Source: Phycisphaeraceae bacterium
GTDB lineage: Bacteria > Planctomycetota > Phycisphaerae > Phycisphaerales > Phycisphaeraceae
Direction of reading: 5' to 3'
Length of the DNA: 64,000 bases
NCBI GenBank assembly: GCA_963674705.1
Contig: OY771506.1
Coordinates: 3,584,001-3,648,000 of the forward strand
The notes beneath the pieces were generated by a model. The model saw only the letters and a list, made by a program, of their open reading frames with translations, did not search any database and was not told the origin of the DNA. Below are positions 1 to 10,398 of the stretch, one piece after another. Numbering within the stretch: the first letter of the stretch is position 1; the number at the start of each line of letters is the position of its first letter. The position numbers and the translations under genes are program-made.

Positions 1-66
1 AGATAGGCCCGCCTCAGTATTTGGGGTGATGCCGTTTGAATCACAGAGAGGTGGTGAGCATAAGCT

Positions 67-1491
67 ATGCGCTTATTCCTAATCAATCCATCCAACCCGT
101 TGGTGAGCTTGGCTCAACGCAGTCGTTGGCGGAAGTACCGTGTATGGAAGCCGCTGGGGCTTATGGTGATCGCAGCTCTGACGCCTGAAGCGGAATGGGA
201 TGTGACAATCATAGACGAGAATCTCGGTATGCCGGACTATGCAAATCTACCCCGGCCCGACCTTGTTGGCATCACCGCATTTACCTCGCAGGCACCTCGG
301 GCTTATCAGATCGCGGCCATATTCCATAACTTGGATGTACCCGTCATCATGGGCGGCATCCACGCATCGATGTGTACCGATGAGGCGCTCGAGTATGTGG
401 ACTCGGTTGTACAAGGTGAGGCAGAATCTATCTGGCCGTCGGTGCTCGTCGATGCCCAACACGGCATGCTGAAACGGCATTATGTTGGCGAGTCGGCCGA
501 TCTGGCATCCGTACCACCGGCTCGCCATGACCTGTTGACGCATGGCTACGCATTCGGCTCCATCCAAACCACGCGCGGCTGTCCTTTGAATTGTCACTTC
601 TGCAGTGTGTCCGCTTTCAATGGACATCGTTATCGCCATCGCCCAATAGGTGATGTGGTTGATGAGCTTGCGATGATACCAGAACGTATGGTTCTGGTAG
701 TGGATGATAACTTGATCGGTACACGCGATGAGCACATCGTGCGTGCCAAGAAGCTATTCCGTGCAATAATCGACGCCGGTATAAAGAAGAAGTGGATATG
801 CCAGGCCACTATCAACCTTGCTGACGATGAGGAATTGCTCCAATTGGCAAAACGTGCGGGCTGTATCGGTGTGTTTATCGGCTTCGAAACAACCTCAGAC
901 GAGGGGCTGGTTGAATTGGGTAAACGCTACAACATCCTCAAGGGTGGCGATCTGCGAGCCAGTGTCAAGCGCATCCACCGTTACGGCATTTCGATCGTGG
1001 GGTCCTTCATCATGGGGCTGGACAGTGACCGCGTAGGCGTCGGCCGATGTATCGCCGAGACCGCCAACCACTACGGTGTAGATTTACTCAACCCCGTATA
1101 CATGACTCCGTTGCCCGGAACGCGCCTCTGGGAGAGTATGAATAACCAGCAGCGCATCGCCGCAAACCGATTCCCGGAGGAATGGAGATATTATACTCTT
1201 AGCTTTCCTGTTGCGCGGCATCATAACTTATCATGGGAGGAACTTATAAACGAAATGAATGACTGCTGCCGAAAGTTCTACTCACCCAAGGCAATTTTGC
1301 GACGGATGGTCGCTAGCATATCACACTGGAGAAACCCGCTAACTATGTTTGTGGCAAACTTGTCTTACCGGCGGAATTGGCGTTCTGATTGCCAAGCGAT
1401 GTGCAATACTGACTTAAGCCGCGGGTTTAAATGGAATGGTAGTGCGGTCCAAACCCTTTTCGAGTGTCAAATATCTATATTGTTGGCATAA
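67..1491 (+). CDS. B12-binding domain radical SAM protein
   Basis: N-terminal cobalamin-binding-like region (PLGL...GGIHAS); CxxxCxxC motif TRGCPLNCHFC. Confidence 0.9.
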   Translation: MRLFLINPSNPLVSLAQRSRWRKYRVWKPLGLMVIAALTPEAEWDVTIIDENLGMPDYANLPRPDLVGITAFTSQAPRAYQIAAIFHNLDVPVIMGGIHASMCTDEALEYVDSVVQGEAESIWPSVLVDAQHGMLKRHYVGESADLASVPPARHDLLTHGYAFGSIQTTRGCPLNCHFCSVSAFNGHRYRHRPIGDVVDELAMIPERMVLVVDDNLIGTRDEHIVRAKKLFRAIIDAGIKKKWICQATINLADDEELLQLAKRAGCIGVFIGFETTSDEGLVELGKRYNILKGGDLRASVKRIHRYGISIVGSFIMGLDSDRVGVGRCIAETANHYGVDLLNPVYMTPLPGTRLWESMNNQQRIAANRFPEEWRYYTLSFPVARHHNLSWEELINEMNDCCRKFYSPKAILRRMVASISHWRNPLTMFVANLSYRRNWRSDCQAMCNTDLSRGFKWNGSAVQTLFECQISILLA

Positions 1492-1572
1492 CCTTTGTGA
1501 GGTCAAAGGGGAGTGACTTGCCTGGCAAACAATTCTGCGACTACTTTATATATGCTCTCTGAGACTTATTTT

Positions 1573-1803
1573 ATCCGATATCGACCCGGGATGCCTGGTT
1601 TTACTTGCTTTCCTAATTTAACGGTCTATGGTGTAGGCAGTGTTGGAGCCAACGCAATGCTAGATCGGCTCCGGTACCGGATGACTGGATAAAGGGCAGG
1701 CCGCTCAGGCGGCAGGCCCGTTAACAAGTAAGCCGATGTGGTTCACCACCTTAAGGTGCGGAACCACATCGGCTTTTTTTGTCGATTTTCCTGACCGTTC
1801 AGG
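1573..1803 (+). promoter_or_regulatory. Duplicated promoter + structured leader module, copy 1 (copy 2 at 20840-21073)
   Basis: Visible similarity to 20840-21073; TTGCTT-N16-TATGGT at 1605-1632; hairpins followed by an intrinsic terminator. Confidence 0.75.
1730..1780 (+). terminator. Intrinsic terminator in the leader upstream of the Hsp20/GroESL genes
   Basis: 15-bp perfect stem AAGCCGATGTGGTTC/GAACCACATCGGCTT followed by a T run. Confidence 0.85.
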
Positions 1804-1872
1804 TGCCCACCAAGAAACAACACTCTTAGGCGGGCGGTGTAAACCACGTTCGAACACTTTAAGGAATAGACC

Positions 1873-2430
1873 ATGACCACGCAGAGCACATCGAATATCA
1901 ATCTATTCTCAATGTCTCCGATAGCTCATGGTGCGAAGTATGCCGTCGTCAAGGCGGTCAGTGAAAACAGATGCACGTCCGATCGCGTTGAAGATCTCTG
2001 CGTCGATTTGCTCGTGAGTTGCTCCGCTGAATCGGCAGAAGCACAACGGCTGACGCGGGTGATAGAAGAACTGATCAGCGGGGCGATGTCCGGAGCCGGC
2101 TCATACAACCACACGGTGGTTTATGGCGCGGTTCGTGGGTCGATCCGGGGCGCTTGTGAGATCGGCCTCGACCCGGTATCCGCCGCGATAGTAGCAGTTG
2201 AGACCGCAGCGACCGCATGGACCGACGAAGGCAATCCCCTGTTGATCGAGGCTGCTGTAAGAGCGGCGATGTCTGCCGCGAAACAGATCGGTCCACCTGT
2301 TCAGGAGGATCTACATCAGTGGCTCAGCGAGCGCATACCACTGGCCGCCTGTTGTTTGAACCTAGCCAGCCCGGGGACTGGCTCTGAGGTAGAGCTAAAT
2401 AGCGAAAACCCCGTAATCCAAGGAGACTAG
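1873..2430 (+). CDS. Hypothetical Ala/Gly-rich protein, first gene of the chaperone cluster
   Basis: 185-aa ORF with AAGGAA RBS, 2 bp upstream of Hsp20. Confidence 0.6.
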   Translation: MTTQSTSNINLFSMSPIAHGAKYAVVKAVSENRCTSDRVEDLCVDLLVSCSAESAEAQRLTRVIEELISGAMSGAGSYNHTVVYGAVRGSIRGACEIGLDPVSAAIVAVETAATAWTDEGNPLLIEAAVRAAMSAAKQIGPPVQEDLHQWLSERIPLAACCLNLASPGTGSEVELNSENPVIQGD

Positions 2431-2432
2431 AA

Positions 2433-2873
2433 ATGCTTCCCACGTTACTGACCAAACGACCCTATTTTAACGATCCAACCGACTTCCTCCGCCATGAAAT
2501 AGGACGGTTCTTCGGGCCGGTCGTCAGTGAGGGGGGCGAGGCCCGTCCCGACCTGGTTGGCGCCTACCCCGTCGATATCCGTGAGATGGACGACGTGATC
2601 GTTGTAGAGGCCGAGGTGCCCGGCTTCGATAAGAATGAGATCCAGGTCAGCCTCGAACGCGGCATGCTTACCATCACGGGCGAGCGCAAGGCCGAGGAGT
2701 CCAAAGGCGAGAAATACCTGACCGAAAGGCGTTACCTGCGTGTTCAACGACGCTTCCAACTCCCCGCGACCGTCTATGAGTCAAAAGTGGATGCGACGTT
2801 GAAGAACGGCGTACTGACGCTCGTGCTTCAGAAGACGACCGAGGCTAAGCCCAAACTCATCGCGATCAAGTGA
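2433..2873 (+). CDS. Hsp20/alpha-crystallin small heat-shock protein
   Basis: YPVDIRE, EVPG, LTITGER and A.LKNGVLTL motifs; C-terminal IAI (IxI) motif. Confidence 0.95.
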   Translation: MLPTLLTKRPYFNDPTDFLRHEIGRFFGPVVSEGGEARPDLVGAYPVDIREMDDVIVVEAEVPGFDKNEIQVSLERGMLTITGERKAEESKGEKYLTERRYLRVQRRFQLPATVYESKVDATLKNGVLTLVLQKTTEAKPKLIAIK

Positions 2874-2944
2874 GTACATGAGGGGGACCCGCCGTGGGGC
2901 CGTGGGACGCCGCCGCCTCATGCCTTATCCACGGAGGGCGAACT

Positions 2945-3250
2945 ATGAAAACGAAACTGCGTCCACTCGGCGACCGCTTACTCATCCAACGGTTGGAGAC
3001 CGAATCGACCACCAAATCCGGCATCGTGCTACCTGACAGCGCCAAAGAGAAGCCGCAGCAAGCCAAGGTCATCAGTGTCGGATCGGGCAGGCTGTTGGAC
3101 GACGGCAAACGGGCACCCATGAGCGTTAAGAAGGGCGACACGATCATCCTCAGTAAATGGGGTGGCACGGAAATCAAACTCGACGGCGAGGACTGTGTCA
3201 TCATTAAGGAAGACGACGTTTTAGCGGTCGTTGTAGGACGGCTGTTGTGA
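2945..3250 (+). CDS. groES: Co-chaperonin GroES
   Basis: LRPLGDR...SGIVLPDSAKEKP; start moved to ATG 2945 after the GGAGG RBS. Confidence 0.97.
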   Translation: MKTKLRPLGDRLLIQRLETESTTKSGIVLPDSAKEKPQQAKVISVGSGRLLDDGKRAPMSVKKGDTIILSKWGGTEIKLDGEDCVIIKEDDVLAVVVGRLL

Positions 3251-3291
3251 TCAGGGCATCTACCCGCAATTAACAATCAAGGCGACTATCC

Positions 3292-4932
3292 ATGACCGCG
3301 AAGACCATCACATTCGACCAGGACGCCCGCGAATCGATACGCCGCGGCGTCGCCAAACTCGCTCGAGCCGTCAAGACCACCCTAGGCCCGTCGGGCAGGG
3401 TTGTGGTGCTCCAGAAGAAATGGGGGCCACCCACGATCACCAAGGACGGAGTTACTGTCGCCAGCGAGATCGAAATCGAAGACCCGATCGAGAACATCGG
3501 CGCACAGATGGTCAAGGAGGTCGCGTTAAAATCGTCCAAAGACGCCGGGGATGGTACGACGACGGCGACCATCTATGCAGAGGCGATCTTCAGCGAGGGC
3601 CTCAAGAACATAGCTGCCGGCGGACATCCGTATGAGATCCAGCGAGGGATCCATAAGGCGGTACAGGCCATCGTGGACGAGCTAAAGCGGATGTCCAAGC
3701 CTACGAAGTCTACGATCGAGATCGCGCAAGTCGGTACCTGCGCGGCTAACCAGGATGAGGAAATCGGTCGCATCATCGCTGAGGCGATGGAGAAGGTCGG
3801 CAAGGACGGTGTAATGACAGTCGAGGAAGGCAAGACCCTCCAGACCGAGGTCGAGTTCTTTGAAGGATTACAGATCGAGAAGGGGTATCTGTCACCGCAC
3901 TTCGTGACCAACCAGTCTGATATGGAGTGTGTGTTGGAAGACGCGTATGTCTTCATCCACGAGAAGAAACTTGATTCGGCAGCTAAGCTGGTGCCGCTTC
4001 TTGGTAAAATCGCCGAGTCTGGTAAGTCACTGCTCATTGTCGCTGAGGATATCACAAGTGATGTGCTTGCCACGCTTGTAGTAAACCGATTACGAGGCGT
4101 GCTTAAGTGCTGCGCCGTGAAGGCCCCCGGCTTTGGCGATCGTCGCAAGGCCATGCTTGAAGACATCGCCACAATTACCGACGGTAGGACTGTTGTGGAA
4201 GAACTTGGCCTCGACATCGAAAAGCTAACCCTGTCCGATCTTGGCCGAGCCAAAAAAATAGTGATAGATAAGGACACGACGACAATCATCGAAGGCGCAG
4301 GCAAGAAGGAGGCAATCCGGGGGCGCATCGAAGCGATCAGGCGCCAGATCACCTCGACAACAAGCGACTACGACCGCGAGAAGCTCCAAGAGCGCCTGGC
4401 TAAGCTGGCTGGTGGCGTGGCACAGATCAATGTTGGAGCGGCAACCGAATCAGCGATGAAGGAGAAGAAGGCGCGGGTCGAAGACGCGGTCCATGCCTGC
4501 CGGGCGGCGGTCGAAGAGGGCATCCTGCCTGGCGGTGGCGTCGCTCCTCTCCGAGCGCGACGGGTGCTTGATGAGGTCAAGAAGACCTGCCATGGCGACG
4601 AGCATGTAGGCGTCGATATCCTGCGACGCGCCGTCACCGCACCCATCAAGCAGATCGCCATCAACGCCGGCTACGACGGCTCCGTTGTCGCTGACGTGGT
4701 TGAGAAGTCGCTCAAACCCAACTACGGCTTCAACGCCGTGACCGAGCAGTACGGCGACATGGTAGAGATGGGCGTGTTGGTTCCGACTAAGGTCGAGCGT
4801 ATCGCTCTCCAGAACGCCGCATCTATCGCGGGCCTGCTGCTCACGACCGCGGTCGTTGTTTCTGAAATCAAGGCAACGAAGAAAAGCAAGAAGCATGCTT
4901 ACGCTGGTGAAGACGATGAAATTAGCTATTGA
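3292..4932 (+). CDS. groEL: Chaperonin GroEL (no GGM tail)
   Basis: [34 protein letters not shown] motifs. Confidence 0.98.
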   Translation: MTAKTITFDQDARESIRRGVAKLARAVKTTLGPSGRVVVLQKKWGPPTITKDGVTVASEIEIEDPIENIGAQMVKEVALKSSKDAGDGTTTATIYAEAIFSEGLKNIAAGGHPYEIQRGIHKAVQAIVDELKRMSKPTKSTIEIAQVGTCAANQDEEIGRIIAEAMEKVGKDGVMTVEEGKTLQTEVEFFEGLQIEKGYLSPHFVTNQSDMECVLEDAYVFIHEKKLDSAAKLVPLLGKIAESGKSLLIVAEDITSDVLATLVVNRLRGVLKCCAVKAPGFGDRRKAMLEDIATITDGRTVVEELGLDIEKLTLSDLGRAKKIVIDKDTTTIIEGAGKKEAIRGRIEAIRRQITSTTSDYDREKLQERLAKLAGGVAQINVGAATESAMKEKKARVEDAVHACRAAVEEGILPGGGVAPLRARRVLDEVKKTCHGDEHVGVDILRRAVTAPIKQIAINAGYDGSVVADVVEKSLKPNYGFNAVTEQYGDMVEMGVLVPTKVERIALQNAASIAGLLLTTAVVVSEIKATKKSKKHAYAGEDDEISY

Positions 4933-4979
4933 CTCACACCCCCGGGGGTTAAAATCTTGGGATATGCACAATAGGAGGA

Positions 4980-5219
4980 TTGATGATGTCAAATGAAGCA
5001 GTATGCGCACGTGAAACGATCCATCGACGGATCGCAACCCGTGCTTACGAGTTATACGTACAGGAGGACTACCCGCTCGGAAAAACTCTGGACCATTGGC
5101 TTGCAGCGGAAGCAGAGATGCGTAAGCGCGGCGTGAGGGACGAGGCCTCATCGCCAAAGGCCTCCGCCACAATCAAGAAACCCCGCCGGTCGACCAGGCC
5201 CAGAGTTATCCCTAACTAA
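4980..5219 (+). CDS. DUF2934-type small protein
   Basis: IATRAYELY...DHWLAAE signature. Confidence 0.75.
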   Translation: MMMSNEAVCARETIHRRIATRAYELYVQEDYPLGKTLDHWLAAEAEMRKRGVRDEASSPKASATIKKPRRSTRPRVIPN

Positions 5220-5344
5220 CCCTCCCGCGAAAGGATAAAGATGTTACTCGCCACGCGCCTCAATCGTCACGTTGGCGGAGGACGATGGCGATACACCGTG
5301 GGCTTCGTGTGTAATGTAGACTGGCAACTGCTGGATGGGAATAT

Positions 5345-6586
5345 ATGAGACACAAACGAGATTCCGATAGAGTGCGCGTGTTGTTCCTCAGTGATCACTT
5401 CGGCTATGCCGGTGGCGTCATCCACGGCGCAACCCGGTACTTTTTGGCCGTTCTGCCACGCCTCCGATCTCACGGCATTGATCTAACCATCGCGTTTCTG
5501 CGTGGCGACCATCCCGCATCGGCCCAGTTGAGGGAACTCGGGCTTGAGCCGCATTTCTTTGGACGCGCCAAGTGGAGCCTCATGCCGATTCTTGACGTGT
5601 TGAGGACTATCCGACGTGACAAGATTCAGTTGATTCATGCCTCTGGCATGAAAGGGATCCTTACCGCACGGATCGCTGGAATGATCGCAAGCGTCCCGGT
5701 CATCTCACACCTTCACGATCAGATGCCATTCTCCGCCGCATTGGCCAAGCTGATCCGGTGGACCGCGGGCTGGTCCACTCATACGCTTGCGGTTTCGCGA
5801 GAGGTAGCGTTGTTTGCTGACAAAAGCCTGCGGATCGATCCCAGTCGTACCGAGGTGTTAACCAATGGTTTGGCAGCAGACGAGATCAGAAAGACACCCG
5901 TTGAAGCCGGTCTGAAGTTTCGGGAACAGGTCGGGGTTTCACCGGACATGAAGCTGATCGGTGTTGTAGGCCGGCTGATCCCGGTCAAGGGCCACGAGAT
6001 TTTGTTGCGTGCGATGCCGGCGATTTTGGAGAAAGAGCCCTCGGCCAGGCTGCTAATCATTGGTGACGGGCCCGAAAGAAGTCAATTAGAATCTCGGGTG
6101 TGCGAGTTGGGTCTCAGCGGCTACGTGTTTTTCACCGGCAATGTTACTGATGTGTACGCGGCCCTACGGGCTCTAGATGTCTGTGCAATCCCTTCTCTTA
6201 ACGAGGGTCTGCCCTATTCGTTGCTGGAGGCGCTGGCGATTGGCAAGCCGGTGGTCGCCTCAGCCGTCGGCGGGCTAGCGGAGGCCCTACGCCACTGCGA
6301 GAACGGCGTGCTGGTCAGACCCAATGACGCACAGGCGCTGGCCCAAGCCTTGCACTCTGTGCTGACCGATCCCCTGTTGGCGGAGACTATTGTTCATGGT
6401 GGAAGTGAAACCATCCGGGCGTTTGACATAACAAGCCACATCGACCGCCTAATCATAATCTATGGGGCATTGGCGGCGGGTGAATCTGTCCCGCCACGTT
6501 CCCAAGACGCGATGATACAGTCACGCCAATCGGTTACGTCTAGCATACAACCGACCCATAACTTGGGTAGGTTGCTAAGTAAGTAG
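5345..6586 (+). CDS. Glycosyltransferase family 4 (GT-B)
   Basis: VGRLIPVKG and EGLPYSLLEA (Ex7E) motifs. Confidence 0.92.
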   Translation: MRHKRDSDRVRVLFLSDHFGYAGGVIHGATRYFLAVLPRLRSHGIDLTIAFLRGDHPASAQLRELGLEPHFFGRAKWSLMPILDVLRTIRRDKIQLIHASGMKGILTARIAGMIASVPVISHLHDQMPFSAALAKLIRWTAGWSTHTLAVSREVALFADKSLRIDPSRTEVLTNGLAADEIRKTPVEAGLKFREQVGVSPDMKLIGVVGRLIPVKGHEILLRAMPAILEKEPSARLLIIGDGPERSQLESRVCELGLSGYVFFTGNVTDVYAALRALDVCAIPSLNEGLPYSLLEALAIGKPVVASAVGGLAEALRHCENGVLVRPNDAQALAQALHSVLTDPLLAETIVHGGSETIRAFDITSHIDRLIIIYGALAAGESVPPRSQDAMIQSRQSVTSSIQPTHNLGRLLSK

Positions 6587-6595
6587 AGAAAACTC

Positions 6596-7360
6596 TTGTT
6601 AATCAGCGAAGATGCGCCCGACATCGAGACCTCGAGTAAAAAATACGCAGGACGCTTCGAGGGCCCGGTCGGGAAGTGGATGCTCCACATGCAGTGGAAC
6701 GCTGTCAATTGGCTGATTTATGGGACCCCCGGCAAGAGGGTGCTAGAGATCGGCGGTGGCCACGCCCAGATCACAGGCTCCCTCCTCGATCATGGCTACA
6801 ACGTCACCGTCCTCGGCAGCAACGCCGACTGCGGACGCCTTATCGAGCCGCTCATCGAACCCGGCCACTGCGACTTCGTCGTCGGCGACTTGTTGAGTCT
6901 CCCGTTTGCTGACAGCTCGTTCGACACCGCCGTCGCGCTTCGCTTGATGGCTCACATGAAATTCTGGCAACGCTTCCTACACGAAGCAACACGCGTCGCA
7001 AGACATACCGTTATCATCGATTACCCCTCATTGTTCAGCATCAACCTGACGCAAAAGCTGCTCTTCAACGTTAAAAAGGCGATCGAGCATAATACGCGGC
7101 CTTATCAGTGTTTTACGACACAGACCATCGAAGACACTTGTCAGACCTATGGCTTCAAACACGACGGCCAGGTAAAGCAGTTCTTTATGCCCATGGTACT
7201 ACATCGCATCATGCGTATTCCCTGGCTATCCAACGTTGCGGAAAACGCATGCAGGAAGCTTGGACTCACGAAATCGCTGGGCTCACCGGCCGTCCTCAGG
7301 CTTTCATGTGTGCGCAAGTCGTCCGCCAACAACATCAGACTACAAGATACAGCAGCGTGA
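6596..7360 (+). CDS. Class I SAM-dependent methyltransferase
   Basis: VLEIGGGHA motif I; LPFADSSFD. Confidence 0.85.
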   Translation: MLISEDAPDIETSSKKYAGRFEGPVGKWMLHMQWNAVNWLIYGTPGKRVLEIGGGHAQITGSLLDHGYNVTVLGSNADCGRLIEPLIEPGHCDFVVGDLLSLPFADSSFDTAVALRLMAHMKFWQRFLHEATRVARHTVIIDYPSLFSINLTQKLLFNVKKAIEHNTRPYQCFTTQTIEDTCQTYGFKHDGQVKQFFMPMVLHRIMRIPWLSNVAENACRKLGLTKSLGSPAVLRLSCVRKSSANNIRLQDTAA

Positions 7361-7410
7361 ATCAGACACCCCGGTGTCCCGCAACATCTAGGCAAGTAGA
7401 GAGCACCGAT

Positions 7411-8880
7411 ATGCCAACAGTAGCTCTTCAGATTGAGCGACATACGGAGACGCTAAATCCGGATGACCGACGCGTCATCACTCGTTACATGAACTTTGCT
7501 GACGCAAAGCGGATCAGGTCTATCACGCGCCGGTTGGAGCGGCTTGATGCCACAACGGTCGACCTGATCTGGGCAAGCGTAATCGAGAAGTTCACCTCAC
7601 GGCACCGTGACATTGTGGGCGTGTTTGCAAGCCACTATAGAACGGTCGCCCGCTATCTCCGTGAGGCATCGTCGTTGTCCGAACATCACCGCGGATTGAT
7701 CGGAGCGTATTTTACCTGCGAATATTCCTTTGAATCGGCGGCGCTGTTCAATCCTTCGATGGTGCCACACCCAGACCAGAGCGGCCTGGCGGCCGGCGAG
7801 GTCCGCGTATTGATCAGCCTGCGAGCCACAGGTGAGGGGCACCTCTCATCCATCGTTTTCCGACGCGGTATCATTGACAATAACGGCAAGCTTAACTTCG
7901 ATCCACCACCCCGGTACGCCTACTCGGCACGACCGGAGGCCGGCACTCGTATCGATCGCAACGAGTTCTTCCGTGAGTTGATCGATGCCGATGTGTATCG
8001 GGAGTTGGCCCAGCCCATCCTGGATATATTGCCGGACCCATTTACACTGGAAGACCTGGTGGGAGCGATCGACGAACACCAGCGACAACGCAGCACGCCG
8101 CGTGCCTTTCGCCGTGTCGCCAAGGAGATGCTCTGGCATGCCCGGACCGAGTACGAGCTGCGATTCCCAGAGGACTGCCGCCCATCGGAGATCGTTATCT
8201 TCCCAGCTACGAAGAGCGAATCTCACGGGATGGAGGATCTGCGGTTGGTACGGTTTAGCGACGACGAAGGTGGAGTCCATTATTACGGCACCTACACTGC
8301 CTTCGACGGCACGCGCATCACGCCGATGCTCTTACAGACTTCCGATTTCCATAACTTCTGGGTGAGTACTTTCCGTGGCAAGTACGCCAGGAACAAGGGC
8401 ATGGCCCTATTCCCCAAACGAATCCACGGCTGGTACATGATGGTGGGCCGTCACGATGGAGAAAGCCTCTACCTGCTGCGTTCGGAGAACCTACGGGATT
8501 GGGACGATGGAGAGAAGCTCTACGAGCCCACTGAACCGTGGGAACTGACCCAGATCGGCAATTGTGGCTCACCGATTGAAACCGACGACGGCTGGCTCTT
8601 GCTCACGCATGGTGTCGGCCCGGTGCGCGAATACAGTATCGGCGCTATGCTGCTCGACCGAATGAATCCTGCAAGAATCCTGGGACGACTCCGTGAGCCA
8701 CTATTGGTTCCGACTGCGGAAGAACGTGAAGGCTACGTACCCAATGTCGTCTATTCCTGTGGGGCATTGATCCATCGGGACCGATTGATTATTCCTTATG
8801 CGACGTCAGATTCATCAACACGGTTCGCGTCAATATTGGCACCGGATCTAATCAAGCGGCTCAAGGATGAGGGACCGTGA
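7411..8880 (+). CDS. Glycoside hydrolase family 130-like protein
   Basis: ESAALFNPS, GMEDLR, NKGMALFP, EREGYVPNVVYSCG; start trimmed to ATG 7411. Confidence 0.88.
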   Translation: MPTVALQIERHTETLNPDDRRVITRYMNFADAKRIRSITRRLERLDATTVDLIWASVIEKFTSRHRDIVGVFASHYRTVARYLREASSLSEHHRGLIGAYFTCEYSFESAALFNPSMVPHPDQSGLAAGEVRVLISLRATGEGHLSSIVFRRGIIDNNGKLNFDPPPRYAYSARPEAGTRIDRNEFFRELIDADVYRELAQPILDILPDPFTLEDLVGAIDEHQRQRSTPRAFRRVAKEMLWHARTEYELRFPEDCRPSEIVIFPATKSESHGMEDLRLVRFSDDEGGVHYYGTYTAFDGTRITPMLLQTSDFHNFWVSTFRGKYARNKGMALFPKRIHGWYMMVGRHDGESLYLLRSENLRDWDDGEKLYEPTEPWELTQIGNCGSPIETDDGWLLLTHGVGPVREYSIGAMLLDRMNPARILGRLREPLLVPTAEEREGYVPNVVYSCGALIHRDRLIIPYATSDSSTRFASILAPDLIKRLKDEGP

Positions 8881-8925
8881 ACCCGAGACCCGTCGCTACA
8901 CTCCGAGCGCAGCGTGTGGACCGCT

Positions 8926-9462
8926 TTACCGGTTCAGGACCAAATTGAGTCCCAACGGGTGCCCCGCACCTAGGCCAACTACGCGTGTCACTTGCTCATC
9001 GGTTAAGGTAACGGGCAATTCTGCTCGCTTTACGATGCGACGCGATGCGTCTTGTTCTAGACGCTGCATCTGAATTCGGCGATCCTGTTGCTGCATCGCA
9101 GAACGAACAGTTGCAGGCAACTCTGCAAGCCCATCGGTCTGGCTGCCCAAGACAAAGAAAACACCATCGGGCACCTGGCACGGGTCTGGCAGTTCGTTCA
9201 AAAGAGAGCGTTCCGGCCGCTGCTCACGAGGTATGTGATCCAACCCGTCGATGAGAATGATCGTCTTTGTGCGATTGTCAGCATAGTCCGCACCCAGCAT
9301 CTCCAACTGCTTGTGGAAACGCTCCAGCAGTAACTGTCGGTCATAGCTGCCCGCGCTCTGTCCGATGGAAAAGCCCGTGTTTTCAATAGCAAACACAACA
9401 TCGTGAAGGAAAAAGACTGCCTCCCCACGTAGCGAGCGAGGGTCCGTTGCGTCTGGGTAGAT
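8926..9462 (-). pseudogene. Internal fragment of a STAND/NACHT-type NTPase
   Basis: Walker B IILIDGLDH and downstream GHPL motif; in-frame upstream YPDATDPRSLRGEAVFFLHD; no Walker A or C-terminus. Confidence 0.65.
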
Positions 9463-9593
9463 CGCGCCTCACCGTTTTCGAATCGTTCTGCGGTTATGAC
9501 TTGCCCCGTCGCCGCCGTGAGATTTCTGTCATCTCAACCGCCTAGCGAAGGTTTGCGCGATCTCCTCCGATCGCAACTCGGTCATAAATTCAG

Positions 9594-10223
9594 ATGATGG
9601 GGCAGCCCCGCCATCTGCTGGCGCCAGTGTCTCCCAACGAGGTCTGGCATCTGGACCTGGCTGAACTTCGTATCGTGTGGTTCCGCTACACGGTCGCGGC
9701 CCTACTGGACGGCTACTCAAGGAAACTCCTGGCACTCAAGGTCTACCCGGGTTCACCGAAAAGCGCTGACTTAGTTGGTCTTATGCGGGATGCGATCCAC
9801 CGATCCGGGCCACCGCGATTCCTCATCACCGATCATGGATGTCAGTTCAGGAGGCGCTTCCGTACAGAAGTGGGGGATCTGAACGTGAAAGTCGTTCGGG
9901 GTCGGGTGCGTTGTCCGGCGTTCAACGGCAAAGTCGAGCGGTTCTTTAAGACCTTACGTACATGGCAACGCCGGACCTTCCTGCCGCTGAGCCTGTCGGG
10001 TATTCAGCGGAAGCTGGATGTGTTTCTTTACTGGTACAACACCGAGAGACCACACCAGGGGATCAAAGGGCTGACGCCAAACGAGGCTTGGGCGGGTGAA
10101 ACGCTGACTGGCTCGATCGCGTTCCGGTCAGCAAGAAGCGTATCGCCTCGCATCCGTATCAGACGGCGTTCATGCCGTGGCGACCCGTGCCTACCGTCGA
10201 TCCATGTCCGTGTTGCCGCCTAG
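9594..10223 (+). mobile_element. DDE integrase-core (rve) transposase, probably N-terminally truncated
   Basis: WHLD, TDHGCQF, NGKVERFFKT and YNTERPHQG motifs. Confidence 0.8.
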
Positions 10224-10398
10224 AAAACCAATCCACGAAGATGCCGAACCTCATCGGATGCGCGGTGGCTGCGTCCTTGCCTCGCCACAGGACTTCTACG
10301 TGTGTCAAAGAGCCATCGAAAATGCCTCGATTATGCAGTCACAAACCGTCGGGCCACTACAGAGATCACAAGCCGATGGGTCGGTACATTCCTTTCAA

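Noticed and set aside
1505..1568. AAAGGGGAGT...GAGACTT resembling yybP-ykoY riboswitch ends
   Set aside because: Internal conserved loop and stems not recognisable; lies upstream of the predicted promoter
1681..1692. Three-codon mini-ORF (MTG*; MTR* in copy 2) in the duplicated leader
   Set aside because: No RBS; explained equally well by nucleotide-level motif conservation, so not called a leader peptide
1817..1843. CIRCE-like ACAACACTC-N9-CGGTGTAAA upstream of the chaperone genes
   Set aside because: Only 11 of 18 consensus positions match and the arms are poorly complementary
3573..5172. Long antisense ORFs opposite groEL (similar ones opposite the cheB/cheR fusion, gmhB and the 59257 gene)
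   Set aside because: Shadow frames of GC-rich coding sequence with no recognisable motifs
7108..7410. N-terminal extension of the 590-aa ORF
   Set aside because: Overlaps the methyltransferase gene; family-like sequence starts near ATG 7411
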